A DNA stretch of 24,608 nucleotides from a virus. Taxonomy: Duplodnaviria; Caudoviricetes. The stretch covers positions 1 through 24,608 of IMG/VR virus record IMGVR_UViG_3300050330_000013; one strand, given 5' to 3'. A model generated the notes under the pieces. That model was not told the origin of the DNA and did no database searches. It worked only from the letters and a program-made list of their open reading frames with translations. Of the stretch, positions 1 through 9,944 are shown one piece after another; the first letter of the stretch is position 1; every line of letters starts with the position of its first letter. A program made the translations under genes and the position numbers.

Positions 1-40
1 CGCCGGAGGCGACTTCCAGCACGCGGGCTGCGTTGCTCAT
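1..40 (-). CDS. 5' end of a gene running off the window (MSNAARVLEVASG...), probably the endolysin
   Basis: ATG at 40 preceded by SD GGAGG (GGAGGACACCGCA-ATG). The start resembles the 'xxxVLxxAxxxIG' opening of CHAP/NlpC-P60-type endolysins, and it follows the tail genes and a membrane protein. Only 13 codons are visible. Confidence 0.5.
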   Translation of the reverse strand, partial: MSNAARVLEVASG

Positions 41-106
41 TGCGGTGTCCTCCCGGGGGTGGGGTGACGCCGCTCCGTGGTGGTGTGTGAGTGGGGGAAG
101 TGGTGG

Positions 107-442
107 TCATGCGCCGAGAAGGGTGAGGATCCAGCCGACACCGGCGATCAGCAGGGTGAGGAGAGTCCCGATTACCCACGTGGCGCGGACGAACACTTGG
201 TCGCGATGGCGTTCGGACTGCCGGTGGTCGTCGGCGCGGTCCTCCTCGATGTGCTCCAGTTCGCGGATCCGCTGGTCGTTTTTCGTGACGCGGCCGTTGG
301 TGAGCTTCGTCTGCGCCTCGATGCGTGCGAGGTCCTCGGCGGTGTCGCGGCGCATCTGGCCGATCTCCCGGCCGATGCCCTCCAGGCGGGCGTCGAGGCG
401 GGCGATGGCGGCCTCGGTGGATACACGCGGGTCGGCGCTCAT
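107..442 (-). CDS. Coiled-coil protein with one C-terminal TM helix, 111 aa (XhlA-like / holin-associated lysis protein)
   Basis: ATG at 442 overlaps the upstream stop (ATGA). Heptad-rich N-terminus and hydrophobic tail WVIGTLLTLLIAGVGWILTLLGA; lies between the tail tip and the putative endolysin. Confidence 0.7.
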   Translation of the reverse strand: MSADPRVSTEAAIARLDARLEGIGREIGQMRRDTAEDLARIEAQTKLTNGRVTKNDQRIRELEHIEEDRADDHRQSERHRDQVFVRATWVIGTLLTLLIAGVGWILTLLGA

Positions 443-2559
443 CCGACCTGTCCCGCGAGGGCCGCATACCGGGCGATGAGCGCCTCGAAGGCGTGGCGCT
501 CGTTGTCGATCTCGATGGTTGCTTGGCCGCCCGTGTACGACACGGAGGCGATCCGCCCGACGCGGCCCCATGCCCCCGTGTCGGGGTCCGCCATCCCGGC
601 GTGGCGGATCGCCTCCCCGGCACGCAGCAGGAGGTGCGCGGGGTGGACGGGTGCGCCGCCGATCACCTCACGCACGCCGCCCTGCCCGGTGACCGTGACG
701 GATCCTTTGAGGGGGGTGCGGATGTGGTTGCGCAGCCAGATGTCGCCGATCGTCTCGGCGGCGGCCGGTGTGAGGGGCGCGCCGATGGGGAGGCGTTGGG
801 CGCGGGCGAAGCGGTGCCGGTCGACCGAGTTCGTCTCGACGCGGGTCACGCGGACGTCGTCGAGGTAGACGTAGCCACCGCCGCCGGGTATCGCGAGCGC
901 TTCGCATTCGAATCGCCATGTTGCGGTCGTGCCGCGTGGCACCCACACGAGTGACTGCCATCCGATGCCGCCGTGGTAGGTCAACGCGGCCTCTTGGCCG
1001 AACGGCCCGGTGACGGTGATCCGCTGGACGCTCGACCCGGCGCCGCCGGAGCCCACGCCGGAGGTCCACCAGGTGACCATGTGCGGCACGCCGGGTGAGA
1101 GGCCGGAGAGGGTCGCGACGGCGATACCGGTGGGGGTGGTGGAGGCGTCGTATTGCAGCGACCATGTGCCGTGCCCGGCGGTGAGGCTGCTGCGTGCCAG
1201 ACCGGTGAGCGTCCAGCCGGTCGTGTCGGTCTCGAAGCTCGGGTTCGTGACTGCGGCGTCGATCGGGACTTTCACGGCGAGTTCGGGGACGGCGGTGGCG
1301 GCGGTACGCACCACCTCGAGCGGCTGCCCGGCCGGGTCGCTGGCCTGCACGATGACCTTGCTGTAGACGTCCTCACCCGACCCGGCGGAGGCGTCGGCGA
1401 ACTCGGCGCCGGACCACTCGCCGATCTCCACCGTCGGCAGGTCGCTCGGTGGCTCGAAGAACACGCGCCGGTCGACGTCGACGCCGAGGTGCCAATCATG
1501 GAAGGCGTTCACCGGCTCCATGAGTTCACGCGGGCTCTGGAAGCCCTGCGGCCAGTAGTCCGGGATCGGCAGGCCGGTGGTGAAGATGCGGCTCTTGTCG
1601 CGGGAGAGGCGCGGCAGGGAGCCCGAGTCGAGCACGTCGCGCACCACCGTCGAGGCGGGGCACCCGGACGGGTAGCCAGCGGGGTCACGTGTGACCGTGA
1701 TCCAATGGATGCGGTACAGGTGGCCGTCGGCGGCGGCGGTCTGGTCGCCAAGGGCGGGGCGGGAAACCGATAGCGAGACGTACCGGTAGCCCGCGGCGAA
1801 GGGACCGCCGCGGGTGTACCTAGTACCGCTGGTCATGTTCCACGAGCTGATCGCGTCGCATGCCTGCCCGGTGTTCACCGAGACGGGGTCGGTGTGCCCA
1901 TGACACCACAGCTCGCTACCAGCCTCGGCGCGGTCCATGCTGACGTTGAATGCGACGTAGTGGGCGCCGGGGTGACGCTCGCCGAGGTCGAGTGTGATGC
2001 GTGCCGGATGGGTGCCGCTCTTGAGGACGACGCCCGCGCCGACACCGACAAGGATGCTGCCGGCGTCGTTCGTGACGGTGCCGATACCGGGGGTCACCGT
2101 GCCAGCGGTGCCGGTGCCGCGGCCGAGCGTCGATGCGTCCACCCAGTCGCCGAGGCGGGTATGCACCCAGCCCATCGCGAGCAGGTCGTCATCGAGGTGG
2201 GACTGCCAGCCGGAGCCGGTGAAGCTGATCGTGTTGGACGCCCCGGACTGCCCCGGCGCCTCACGCATCCGCCCGGACCACACGCGCACCCCGCCGATCT
2301 CGACCAGTACCTCGTTGTACGGGGAGAGGTCAGGCCAGCTCACACCCGGGTCACGTTTAAGCGTGAAGCTGCACGTGGAAGGGCCGCCGCGGTCGGCGGA
2401 CAGGGACAGGCCCTCGTGGACGATGCCGCGGGCGGCGCCCTGGCCGACGACCATCCACTGGCCGCCCTCCGAGCGGAGGATGATCGACTCCTCCACCGAC
2501 CGCGGGTGGGCGTGCGGCGCGGAGGGACTGCGTGTCGTGGAGAGCGTCGGCGCCCACAT
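439..2559 (-). CDS. Tail tip/hub (Tal-like) minor tail protein with CBM_4_9-like insert, 706 aa
   Basis: Second gene after the tape measure. Hub-like N-terminus (GGPSTCSFTL...VRVWSGRM). Galactose-binding-like module from VTNPSFETDTTGW to YVYLDDVRV (~840-1251). Confidence 0.8.
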   Translation of the reverse strand: MWAPTLSTTRSPSAPHAHPRSVEESIILRSEGGQWMVVGQGAARGIVHEGLSLSADRGGPSTCSFTLKRDPGVSWPDLSPYNEVLVEIGGVRVWSGRMREAPGQSGASNTISFTGSGWQSHLDDDLLAMGWVHTRLGDWVDASTLGRGTGTAGTVTPGIGTVTNDAGSILVGVGAGVVLKSGTHPARITLDLGERHPGAHYVAFNVSMDRAEAGSELWCHGHTDPVSVNTGQACDAISSWNMTSGTRYTRGGPFAAGYRYVSLSVSRPALGDQTAAADGHLYRIHWITVTRDPAGYPSGCPASTVVRDVLDSGSLPRLSRDKSRIFTTGLPIPDYWPQGFQSPRELMEPVNAFHDWHLGVDVDRRVFFEPPSDLPTVEIGEWSGAEFADASAGSGEDVYSKVIVQASDPAGQPLEVVRTAATAVPELAVKVPIDAAVTNPSFETDTTGWTLTGLARSSLTAGHGTWSLQYDASTTPTGIAVATLSGLSPGVPHMVTWWTSGVGSGGAGSSVQRITVTGPFGQEAALTYHGGIGWQSLVWVPRGTTATWRFECEALAIPGGGGYVYLDDVRVTRVETNSVDRHRFARAQRLPIGAPLTPAAAETIGDIWLRNHIRTPLKGSVTVTGQGGVREVIGGAPVHPAHLLLRAGEAIRHAGMADPDTGAWGRVGRIASVSYTGGQATIEIDNERHAFEALIARYAALAGQVG

Positions 2560-2562
2560 GGG

Positions 2563-5175
2563 TCAGATGTCGCGCAGGTGTCCCCACCGGGGGGTGGGCG
2601 ACACTGCGATCGCGAGATGGGATGGATGCCCGACGTGGCTCGCCGCCACGGGGGTGGGGTCGTCGGGGACCTGGTCGGCGAACACGGCGAGCATGTCTAC
2701 GCGGCCCGTCGGCAACTCGAGGAGGCTGCCGCCGAGGCCGTGGTCGGCGAACTCGCCGGGCACCGGCGGCGCCGACACGGACCCGGAGCCGTCCGACGCG
2801 ATGCGTTTGACGATGGTGAGCCCGTCGCCGCCCGCCGATGCGATGAACGCCGGATAGCCGCCCTCGGAGAGGACGACGCCGGTCGGGGTGAGCGCACGCG
2901 ACCGGGCCGGGACGAGGATCAGCCCGGAGATGTTCACGCTGCCGGTCGACCCGGCCGCCCATGCGATGCGGGCCGTGACCCGCCACGGGGCGGGGTTGCC
3001 GGGGTTGATGTCGAGGCTGAGGACGCCGATGCGGTAGAGGCGCCAATAGCCGGGCTGCACGATCGGCTTCCCGGTGAGGCCCCACGGTGCGACGGCACGC
3101 CGCCCGCCGAGCGCGTCGGTGTCGTACGCCGCCGCGGGATGCCCCGCCCATACGGCACACCGCGGGCCGACGACCGTCGACGTTGCGGCGGCACGGAGCC
3201 ACACTTCAACGTCGAGGGACCCGTCGGCATAGTCGTCGGGTCCGACGAGGTTCGGGTCGATGAGCGCCGACACGGCGAGGTGACCGGCGCCGGTCGGCAC
3301 CATCTGCACGCTCGACGGCAGCAGCGGCGACACGCCCGACGCGGTATAGGAGAGGGTGCCGCCCGCCGACGAGGCGACCGTCAGGCCGCCGGGGTCAGCC
3401 ACACGGATGATCGACAGGGGGCCATGCGCGCCGCGGCCGTCACGCTGGGACGGGATCGACGGTTCGTCGTGGGATGGCCATGCCTGCACGTGGCGCATCT
3501 CGACGAGCCCACCGACGGTACCGGCGGCCCTGACCACGAGCGACGCTGAATCCGTTGCGGCCGCCGCCTGCCATGTCACCTCGACGGTGTGCCAGTCGGC
3601 GTCCGGTGTCGTGTCGTGATCCGCGGAGACGGCGAGGTCCCCGCTGACGCCGAGCACCACCTGGATGACCGGGTGGGGCGTGGCGGCAGTCCGCCGCACG
3701 TCGACGCGCGCGGTGATGCGATCGCCTGCCGCAACATGCACGCCGAGCGGGATCGACGCGCCGGAGTTCAGCGTCGTGGACATCCACAGGACGCCGACGC
3801 CGCTACCGCCGGGGGCGACCGGCAGGTCGGCCGCCGCATGGAGGCCGGTGACGGCTGTCGACACCCACCCGGCGGCGCCAGTCCCACCTGTCGTACCGAA
3901 GTCGCCGTTCCCGACGAGGTTACGGCCGGAGCGGTGTGGCGCCCATCCGATGAGCGCGAACCGTGGTGCGCCGCCGGTCGACTCGTTTGCGCGGATGACC
4001 GACACGTCGGCGAGCGCCGGGGCGGTGCCGGGGATCTCGCAGCCGAGCGGCAGCGCGCCGCGGATCATGTTCACGGTGCCGGAGCCGGTCAGCATGAGCG
4101 GCTGCACCCGCACCTCCTCCCACCCGTCGCCACCGGCGGCGTCCGCCGGTGACGCATAGAGGCCGACCCGGCCGGAGCCGCCCGGCTCGATGAGCGGGAA
4201 CGTGCCGCCGATCGTGGCCGACGCTGACACGACCACGATGCCGTCGACAGGGTGCAGCGGCCCGGACGGCGGCGGGGCGGGCGAATTGGCGAGCTTCGAC
4301 ACTTGCACCTGGGCTGTCCGCCCGGCGATGCGTCCGACGATCCACACGCGCTCGGTGGTCATCGACCCGAACGACCCCTCGGCGAGCACCGCCTGGACAC
4401 CGGCCTGGCATTGCCGGACGCGACCGTAGTAGGTGCCCGCGCCGTCCTGCTCCAACGTCGCCGCGACCCAGTTGTCCGCGTCCTGGTAGCGGAGGATGGC
4501 CCCCCAGCGGCGCGTGAGCGACGCCGACGACTGCCACCTGATTGCTGTCGACACTTGCACGTCGCCATACGAGTAGCCGCGGCGGGCGTCGACGAGCATG
4601 TGCCCGCCGGTGGCCTTCACCCGCAGCAGCCCGCCGGATGCCTCCAACGCGGAAGCGGCACCCTGCGCCACCTCGTAGTCGTCGAGCGTGTCCGCGTCCG
4701 CGAACACGTCCTGCCATGCCATCGGGTCGCCCAGCGCATACGGCGCGCACACGAACTCGAGGATCGGGGAGAGGATGTAGCGGGTGTCGGCGACCGGCGC
4801 CCACTCGCCGGCCTGCAGGCCGTTCGTGGTCAACACCTCGAAGTGCTGGCGGTAGGTCTGCCCGTGGGCGCGGCGGGTGATCGTCCCGCCGCGGCGGCGC
4901 AGCGCCTCCATCACCAACTCGATCTCCGCGATCCTGGCGGCGAGGTCATCCGTCGAGCTGCCGTAGAGGCGGAACTGGAGGCGCACCGTCCGGTTCGCGG
5001 GCACCCCCTGCGAAGGCCGGGCGCCCTGCGTGCCGCGCGGCCCGGAGAACTGGTGCTCCCACGCCGCGTTCCCCCAGTCCTGGGCCTGCAGCACGAAGCC
5101 ATGCGGGTCCGACGTGGCGCCCTCGGCGATGACCACGTACTCGTCGCCGCCGGTCGGGGTGAGGGAGAGCAGCAT
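2563..5175 (-). CDS. Distal-tail (Dit-like) minor tail protein with lectin/CBM inserts, 870 aa
   Basis: Immediately follows the tape measure (TGATG overlap). Dit-like N-terminus (NRTVRLQFRLYGSSTDDLAARIAEI...LEFVCAPYALG). ConA/LamG-like segment (WGAILRYQDADNW, ~4100-4717) and CBM_4_9-like segment (RNLVGNGDF, ~3478-3924). Confidence 0.8.
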   Translation of the reverse strand: MLLSLTPTGGDEYVVIAEGATSDPHGFVLQAQDWGNAAWEHQFSGPRGTQGARPSQGVPANRTVRLQFRLYGSSTDDLAARIAEIELVMEALRRRGGTITRRAHGQTYRQHFEVLTTNGLQAGEWAPVADTRYILSPILEFVCAPYALGDPMAWQDVFADADTLDDYEVAQGAASALEASGGLLRVKATGGHMLVDARRGYSYGDVQVSTAIRWQSSASLTRRWGAILRYQDADNWVAATLEQDGAGTYYGRVRQCQAGVQAVLAEGSFGSMTTERVWIVGRIAGRTAQVQVSKLANSPAPPPSGPLHPVDGIVVVSASATIGGTFPLIEPGGSGRVGLYASPADAAGGDGWEEVRVQPLMLTGSGTVNMIRGALPLGCEIPGTAPALADVSVIRANESTGGAPRFALIGWAPHRSGRNLVGNGDFGTTGGTGAAGWVSTAVTGLHAAADLPVAPGGSGVGVLWMSTTLNSGASIPLGVHVAAGDRITARVDVRRTAATPHPVIQVVLGVSGDLAVSADHDTTPDADWHTVEVTWQAAAATDSASLVVRAAGTVGGLVEMRHVQAWPSHDEPSIPSQRDGRGAHGPLSIIRVADPGGLTVASSAGGTLSYTASGVSPLLPSSVQMVPTGAGHLAVSALIDPNLVGPDDYADGSLDVEVWLRAAATSTVVGPRCAVWAGHPAAAYDTDALGGRRAVAPWGLTGKPIVQPGYWRLYRIGVLSLDINPGNPAPWRVTARIAWAAGSTGSVNISGLILVPARSRALTPTGVVLSEGGYPAFIASAGGDGLTIVKRIASDGSGSVSAPPVPGEFADHGLGGSLLELPTGRVDMLAVFADQVPDDPTPVAASHVGHPSHLAIAVSPTPRWGHLRDI

Positions 5176-8100
5176 CAGAGCCCCACGAAGGTCGACTTGG
5201 TGAGCCGCGCACCGGAGTTCCAGCCGGCGGACGACAGGGCCCGCTGGATCGCCTCAAGGGTCCGCGGATCGGACGGCAGCAGCGTGTTCACGCTCAGGTT
5301 CACCACGCCGCCGGCGGCATCCCCCGCGAACCGGCCACCGGAGTTGATGTCGCCGGGGGAGAACATGGTGCGGATGAACGCGTCGCCGAAGTCGGCGCGG
5401 CGCAGGGCAGCATCACGCTCCTGCTTTGCCCGGCGTTCCTCCTCGGTCTGCTCCTTCGTGGCTTTGGTGAGGTCCTTGATCGCCTCCTTGATGCTGCTCG
5501 TACGCGACCGGGCGGCCACGAGGGCGTTCGCGGCGTCCCTTATCTGCCGCGGGTCGCCGCTCTGCTTGGCGGCGTTGTACGTGCGTTCTGCGGCCGCCTC
5601 GGCCTTCTCGGCGGCGGCCAGATCATCGTCGAGGGTCTCGGTGAGGCCCGCCTGGGCGATCTCGGCATCCAGGTAGTCCGCCTCGGTGGGGGCATCCACG
5701 GCGAGTGCCGGGTCGAGGCGCGGCATGCTGGTGATCTGGGCGTTCAACTCGCCGATGTCGAAGCCCAGCTCCGTGGATTGGGCGCGCAGGTCGTGGTACT
5801 GCTCCAGCAGGCCGACCTCCTGGCCGTCGAGGATCTCCAGGGCGGCGTTGATCCGGGCGATCGCATCCCGGTAGTTCTGCCGCTGTGCCTTTTTCTTGCG
5901 GGGGGTGCGCTGCAGGTTCCGGTACTGGATCGCCCAGTTCTTACGCAGGCGGGCCTGCTCGGCGACGACCTTGTCGTAGAGGGCCTTCACCTGCCCGGCG
6001 AGGCCGTCGATCTCCTGTTTGCGGCGGTCGAGGACGGCCCGCTCGGAGAACGCCTCGATCATCTGCGGGTTCGTGATGCCCTCCGCGGCTGCCTGGGCGG
6101 TGGCGGCCTTGGCGGTCTGCTTGTCCTGGAGGGAATCGTCGCGGCCGGCGACCGAGATCACATCGCCGATGCCCTCGATCTCATCGAGGAGACCCTCGGT
6201 CTGGATCTCGGCGCGCAGGCGGGCGGCGGTCTCGCCGATCTCCGCGAGGCGGGTGAGGACGTGTGTCTCGGATTCGATGAGCGCCTGGTGCTGCTGGCGC
6301 AGCTTCGCCGCACCGGCACGCACGAGTTTCAACGCCCGCTTGCGTTTCCCCGCGGGTCGCTTCAACAGAGTCTTCTCGTCGGCGCGGAGCCTCTTCTGGG
6401 CGGCGGCGACGCGACGCAGGGCGGCCTGCACCACCGCGAGATCCTTTCGCAGGGCGCGCGCCTCGGCCTTGTCGGCGGCACCCGCGATCAGGGCATCCTC
6501 ACGCTCGGGGTCGGTCTTGATCCCGCGGGATGGCTTGATGAACTGATCGGCGGCTCTCAGGGCGGCGGTGGCGGCGAGGCCATCCCCGGCGCCGGTACGG
6601 GCGGACACCATCCCGATGATGTCGGCGCCCGCCCCGAGGGTGCGGTTCACGATGCCGGTGGCCTGCCTGCCGGTGATGCCCGCCGCCTTCAACGCCCTCA
6701 CCAGCTCGGTGCGCGGCGTGCCCTCACCGCGGGTGTTGCCCTTGGTGTCCTGGAGTTCCGGGTCGGAGTCCGCGGTCAGGTTCTCCAGGCCGCGCGGGAC
6801 GCGGACCTCCTCCCATCTGGTGGAGTTCGCGTCGGACTGCACGCCGCCGCCGCCGGCGTCGAACCACCGCCGCTGGCCCTTCGAGTCGACGACTCCGACG
6901 CCCATGTGTTCGTCGTAGCCGCCGCGGTAGCCGCCCGAGTGGGACTTCCGGAACCCCCAGACGATCGCCTCGCCGCCGCGCGCTGGAGACGACTGCGGGT
7001 AGGCGGTCGCGGTGCTGCCACCGACGTTCACCCCCGCGACGAATGTGGCATAGCCGGAGCAGTCCCACGAGTCGGGGCCGGTGCGCGACATCGGCGGCTT
7101 GCCGTACGGCTCGCCGAGCTGGTCGACGGCCCGCTGGTAGGCCTGCGACACGTAGCCACCGGCGGCGAACCCGCGGCCGCCGAGGGCGCCGCCCGTGTAC
7201 GCGAAGATCCGCTCCAACGTGGATCGGCCGCCGGGGATCATCTCCTGCTGGCGGGGGTTGAGGATCGCCTCGTCGCCGTCGACGCGCAGCATGTACGGGT
7301 CGCGGCCGGTGTAGACGCCGGGCGTCCAGCCGGTGAACCCGCCACCCGCCGCGCCGGGGCCGGCGGGGTTACGGCGCCGGCTGCTGGCATCGTCGATGCG
7401 CCGCATCGCCGCCTCGATGTCGTCGGCGAGCTGCGACGTCGACGACTCGATGGAGGACGCCGCGCTCGACCACGCCGACACGGCCGCCGACGCCGCACCC
7501 TGCAGGGCGAGCTTCAGACGGCCCGCCGCGGCCCGCGGGGCGTCATAGGACTTCCCGAGTTCGCGGTTCGCGGCGCCGACCTTCGCCCACGCATCCTTCA
7601 CCTCGGCGAGCAGCCGCCGGGCGTTGCGTTTCTCGAGGTCGGTGCCGGACTTCGACTTCGCGGTGAGGAAGTCGATCGCGCGGGCGTACTGGCGGCCGAC
7701 GTTGTCCATCGTCGTCTTCGTGAACCGCGGCGCATCCGAGAACGACTCTTTGAGGGAGTCCAGGACGCGGCCGGCGTTGCGCGTCGCGGACTTCGACCCG
7801 AGCTCCGCGTCGAACTGGCGGACCGCCTTCCGGGCGCTCTGCGGGAGGGCGTCCTCCAGTTCGCCGTACTTGCGGCGCAGATCCTTCACGAGTTTGTCGG
7901 CGGTGCCGCGCGGCACGCGGCCTTCCCGTTCGGCGGCCTGCGCCCACTTGATGACCGTCGCGGCGCCGGCTTTGCGTCCCTCCTCGCCCATCCCGTCGAA
8001 GCGCTTCGTGACGGCCTTCCACAGGTCCGCCTGCGTGACCGACTGGGCGCCGGCGTCGAGGCCCGCCACGAACTCCTTCGCGACACGCAACCCGACGGTG

Positions 8101-9944
8101 CGCTGGGCGCCTTCGAGCTGATTCCGCGGCCCGGCCTCTGCCTCCAGTTGACGGCGGCGGCGTTCCGCGACCACCGACGGCGGCAGGAAGCCCGCACCGG
8201 TGCCCTCCATGATGTTCCGGCCGCGGACCCTCTCCAGGCGGGCATAGGCCTCCTGGGCGCGGCGGACGTCCCGCTCGATGGTCTTGCGGCTCTCCTCAGA
8301 GAGGCCCTTCGAGAGGCGCTCGGTGACCTTCGCGGTCCGCTCGGCGATCTTGTCGATCTCGCCGGACCCGCTGAACTGCCGGAAGCCCTGGGTGAGGCCA
8401 CCAACGGCGGCACCCGCGAGTCCACCCGCCAGGGCTCCCCACGGGCCGGCGGCTGCCCCCATCGTCGCACCGGTCGCGGCGCCACCGGCGACACCCGACA
8501 GCACCGACGACAGGCCACCTGGGGCACCGGCGGCGGACAGGCCCATGTAGGCGAGTGAGCCGACGCCGATGCCGGCGGCGGCGCCCTGCAGGCCACGCCC
8601 GGCGACCGCACGCGCCGTCGGACTCCACATGCCGGGGGATGCCGTCGGGACGAGACCCGGGATGAGGCCGCCGGCGGGGACACCGCCGACCATCGGGATC
8701 CGCCGCCCCGCGGCAGTGGTCGCCACCACCGTCCCCGCGGCGCCCGCCCGCCCGGCCGCGCCACCGAAGCCGGGGTTCGTGACGACGACCGGCACCGGCC
8801 TGCCCGCGGCCGCCAGACCCGACGCGCCACCCGCTCCGAGAGATCCGGTCCCGGCGCTCCGGCCGAGGATCTTCCCGAGGCCCGCCCCGGCGAGCTGCAA
8901 CCCGGGGCCGAACTTCGCCAGGAAGATCCCCGCGAGGACGGCCTTGGCGGGCCATGGGGCTTCCTGCAGGCCCCGCAGGAACACCTTCGGGGCGTTCGTC
9001 GCCGCGATCGTGATGCCCTGATAGATCGCTTCCTTCGCGGCGTCGGGGAAGCCGGTCGCCTCGATGACCCGCCACGACTCTTCGAGGGCCGCCTTCGGGC
9101 TGATGTCCGGCCGCGCCCACACCGCCGCGAGGTCATCCGCGGCGCTCTGCAGGCCCGGCAGGACCTCACGGTTCACGAACGCCAGGCCGGACTCCAACGG
9201 CGGGATGAACATCGTGCCGAGCGACGTGGAGACGTCGTCGGCCTGAGCTTTCAGGCGCCGCATGCCGCCGGCCAACTGGTCGCCGGTGCGGGCCGCATCC
9301 CCCTGCGCGTCCTTCGTGTCTTTCAGGATCAACGCATAGGTCGCCTGCGCTTTCGCTGCGGCGGTGACCTCGCCGGTGCCGTCGTACAGGCCGAGGTTCA
9401 ACGCCTCCTGCTTGACGCGGGCGGCGTCGAGGAACACGCCGAACCGGCGCAGCGGTTCCGTCTCACCGGCGAGGCCGGACCGCAACGCGTCGAGGGTCTC
9501 CTCGGGGGACGCATTGTTGAACGACGACATGTCGCCGGCGAGGCCAACCATCGTCTTGGACATCTCCGCCGCCCGGTCCCGGGCGAGGCCCATCGGGACC
9601 AGCATGTTCCCGAAGATCCCGGCGGAGGCGAGGGCCTGCCGGCGGCTGATGCCGAACGCGTCGGCGGTCGTCTTCGACCACTCCGCGACATCCTTCCCCG
9701 ACTTCCGGAAGACGACGCCGGTCTTATCGATCTCCTCGCCGAGATCCGAGGCGGCGTTCACCGAGTAGACGATCCCGGCGCCGGCCGCGGCGCCGAGGGC
9801 GAGGGCCGCGGTGGTCATGCCGCGCAGGGCGCGGGTGCCGACCTGCCCGAACTTCCCGATGCGGCCCTCGCTAGTGGACAGCGCCCGGTTCAGGCCGGTC
9901 GTGTCGCCATCGATGTAGACCTTCACGCCGCCGCGGCGTGCCAT
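5175..9944 (-). CDS. Tape measure protein with internal NlpC/P60 peptidoglycan hydrolase domain, 1589 aa
   Basis: Longest ORF, Ala/Gly-rich and helical, downstream of the chaperones. Typical TMP N-terminal block (AASDLGEEIDKTGVVF...LAGDMSSFNN...ALRSGLAGETEPLRRFGV). NlpC/P60 motifs LGEPYG...GPDSWDCSGY...EHMGV...WFDA at ~6795-7155. Confidence 0.95.
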   Translation of the reverse strand: MARRGGVKVYIDGDTTGLNRALSTSEGRIGKFGQVGTRALRGMTTAALALGAAAGAGIVYSVNAASDLGEEIDKTGVVFRKSGKDVAEWSKTTADAFGISRRQALASAGIFGNMLVPMGLARDRAAEMSKTMVGLAGDMSSFNNASPEETLDALRSGLAGETEPLRRFGVFLDAARVKQEALNLGLYDGTGEVTAAAKAQATYALILKDTKDAQGDAARTGDQLAGGMRRLKAQADDVSTSLGTMFIPPLESGLAFVNREVLPGLQSAADDLAAVWARPDISPKAALEESWRVIEATGFPDAAKEAIYQGITIAATNAPKVFLRGLQEAPWPAKAVLAGIFLAKFGPGLQLAGAGLGKILGRSAGTGSLGAGGASGLAAAGRPVPVVVTNPGFGGAAGRAGAAGTVVATTAAGRRIPMVGGVPAGGLIPGLVPTASPGMWSPTARAVAGRGLQGAAAGIGVGSLAYMGLSAAGAPGGLSSVLSGVAGGAATGATMGAAAGPWGALAGGLAGAAVGGLTQGFRQFSGSGEIDKIAERTAKVTERLSKGLSEESRKTIERDVRRAQEAYARLERVRGRNIMEGTGAGFLPPSVVAERRRRQLEAEAGPRNQLEGAQRTVGLRVAKEFVAGLDAGAQSVTQADLWKAVTKRFDGMGEEGRKAGAATVIKWAQAAEREGRVPRGTADKLVKDLRRKYGELEDALPQSARKAVRQFDAELGSKSATRNAGRVLDSLKESFSDAPRFTKTTMDNVGRQYARAIDFLTAKSKSGTDLEKRNARRLLAEVKDAWAKVGAANRELGKSYDAPRAAAGRLKLALQGAASAAVSAWSSAASSIESSTSQLADDIEAAMRRIDDASSRRRNPAGPGAAGGGFTGWTPGVYTGRDPYMLRVDGDEAILNPRQQEMIPGGRSTLERIFAYTGGALGGRGFAAGGYVSQAYQRAVDQLGEPYGKPPMSRTGPDSWDCSGYATFVAGVNVGGSTATAYPQSSPARGGEAIVWGFRKSHSGGYRGGYDEHMGVGVVDSKGQRRWFDAGGGGVQSDANSTRWEEVRVPRGLENLTADSDPELQDTKGNTRGEGTPRTELVRALKAAGITGRQATGIVNRTLGAGADIIGMVSARTGAGDGLAATAALRAADQFIKPSRGIKTDPEREDALIAGAADKAEARALRKDLAVVQAALRRVAAAQKRLRADEKTLLKRPAGKRKRALKLVRAGAAKLRQQHQALIESETHVLTRLAEIGETAARLRAEIQTEGLLDEIEGIGDVISVAGRDDSLQDKQTAKAATAQAAAEGITNPQMIEAFSERAVLDRRKQEIDGLAGQVKALYDKVVAEQARLRKNWAIQYRNLQRTPRKKKAQRQNYRDAIARINAALEILDGQEVGLLEQYHDLRAQSTELGFDIGELNAQITSMPRLDPALAVDAPTEADYLDAEIAQAGLTETLDDDLAAAEKAEAAAERTYNAAKQSGDPRQIRDAANALVAARSRTSSIKEAIKDLTKATKEQTEEERRAKQERDAALRRADFGDAFIRTMFSPGDINSGGRFAGDAAGGVVNLSVNTLLPSDPRTLEAIQRALSSAGWNSGARLTKSTFVGL

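Noticed and set aside
439-5175. Diversity-generating retroelement or invertible tail cassette
   Set aside because: No reverse transcriptase, recombinase or duplicated template/variable repeat was noticed; a self dot-plot would be needed to exclude it fully.
5778-8558. 926-aa plus-strand ORF, and other long plus-strand ORFs (1894-3549, 4252-5676, 10623-11792, 14845-16341)
   Set aside because: They lie antisense to well-supported phage genes, have no recognisable motifs, and are the expected shadows of high-GC codon usage.
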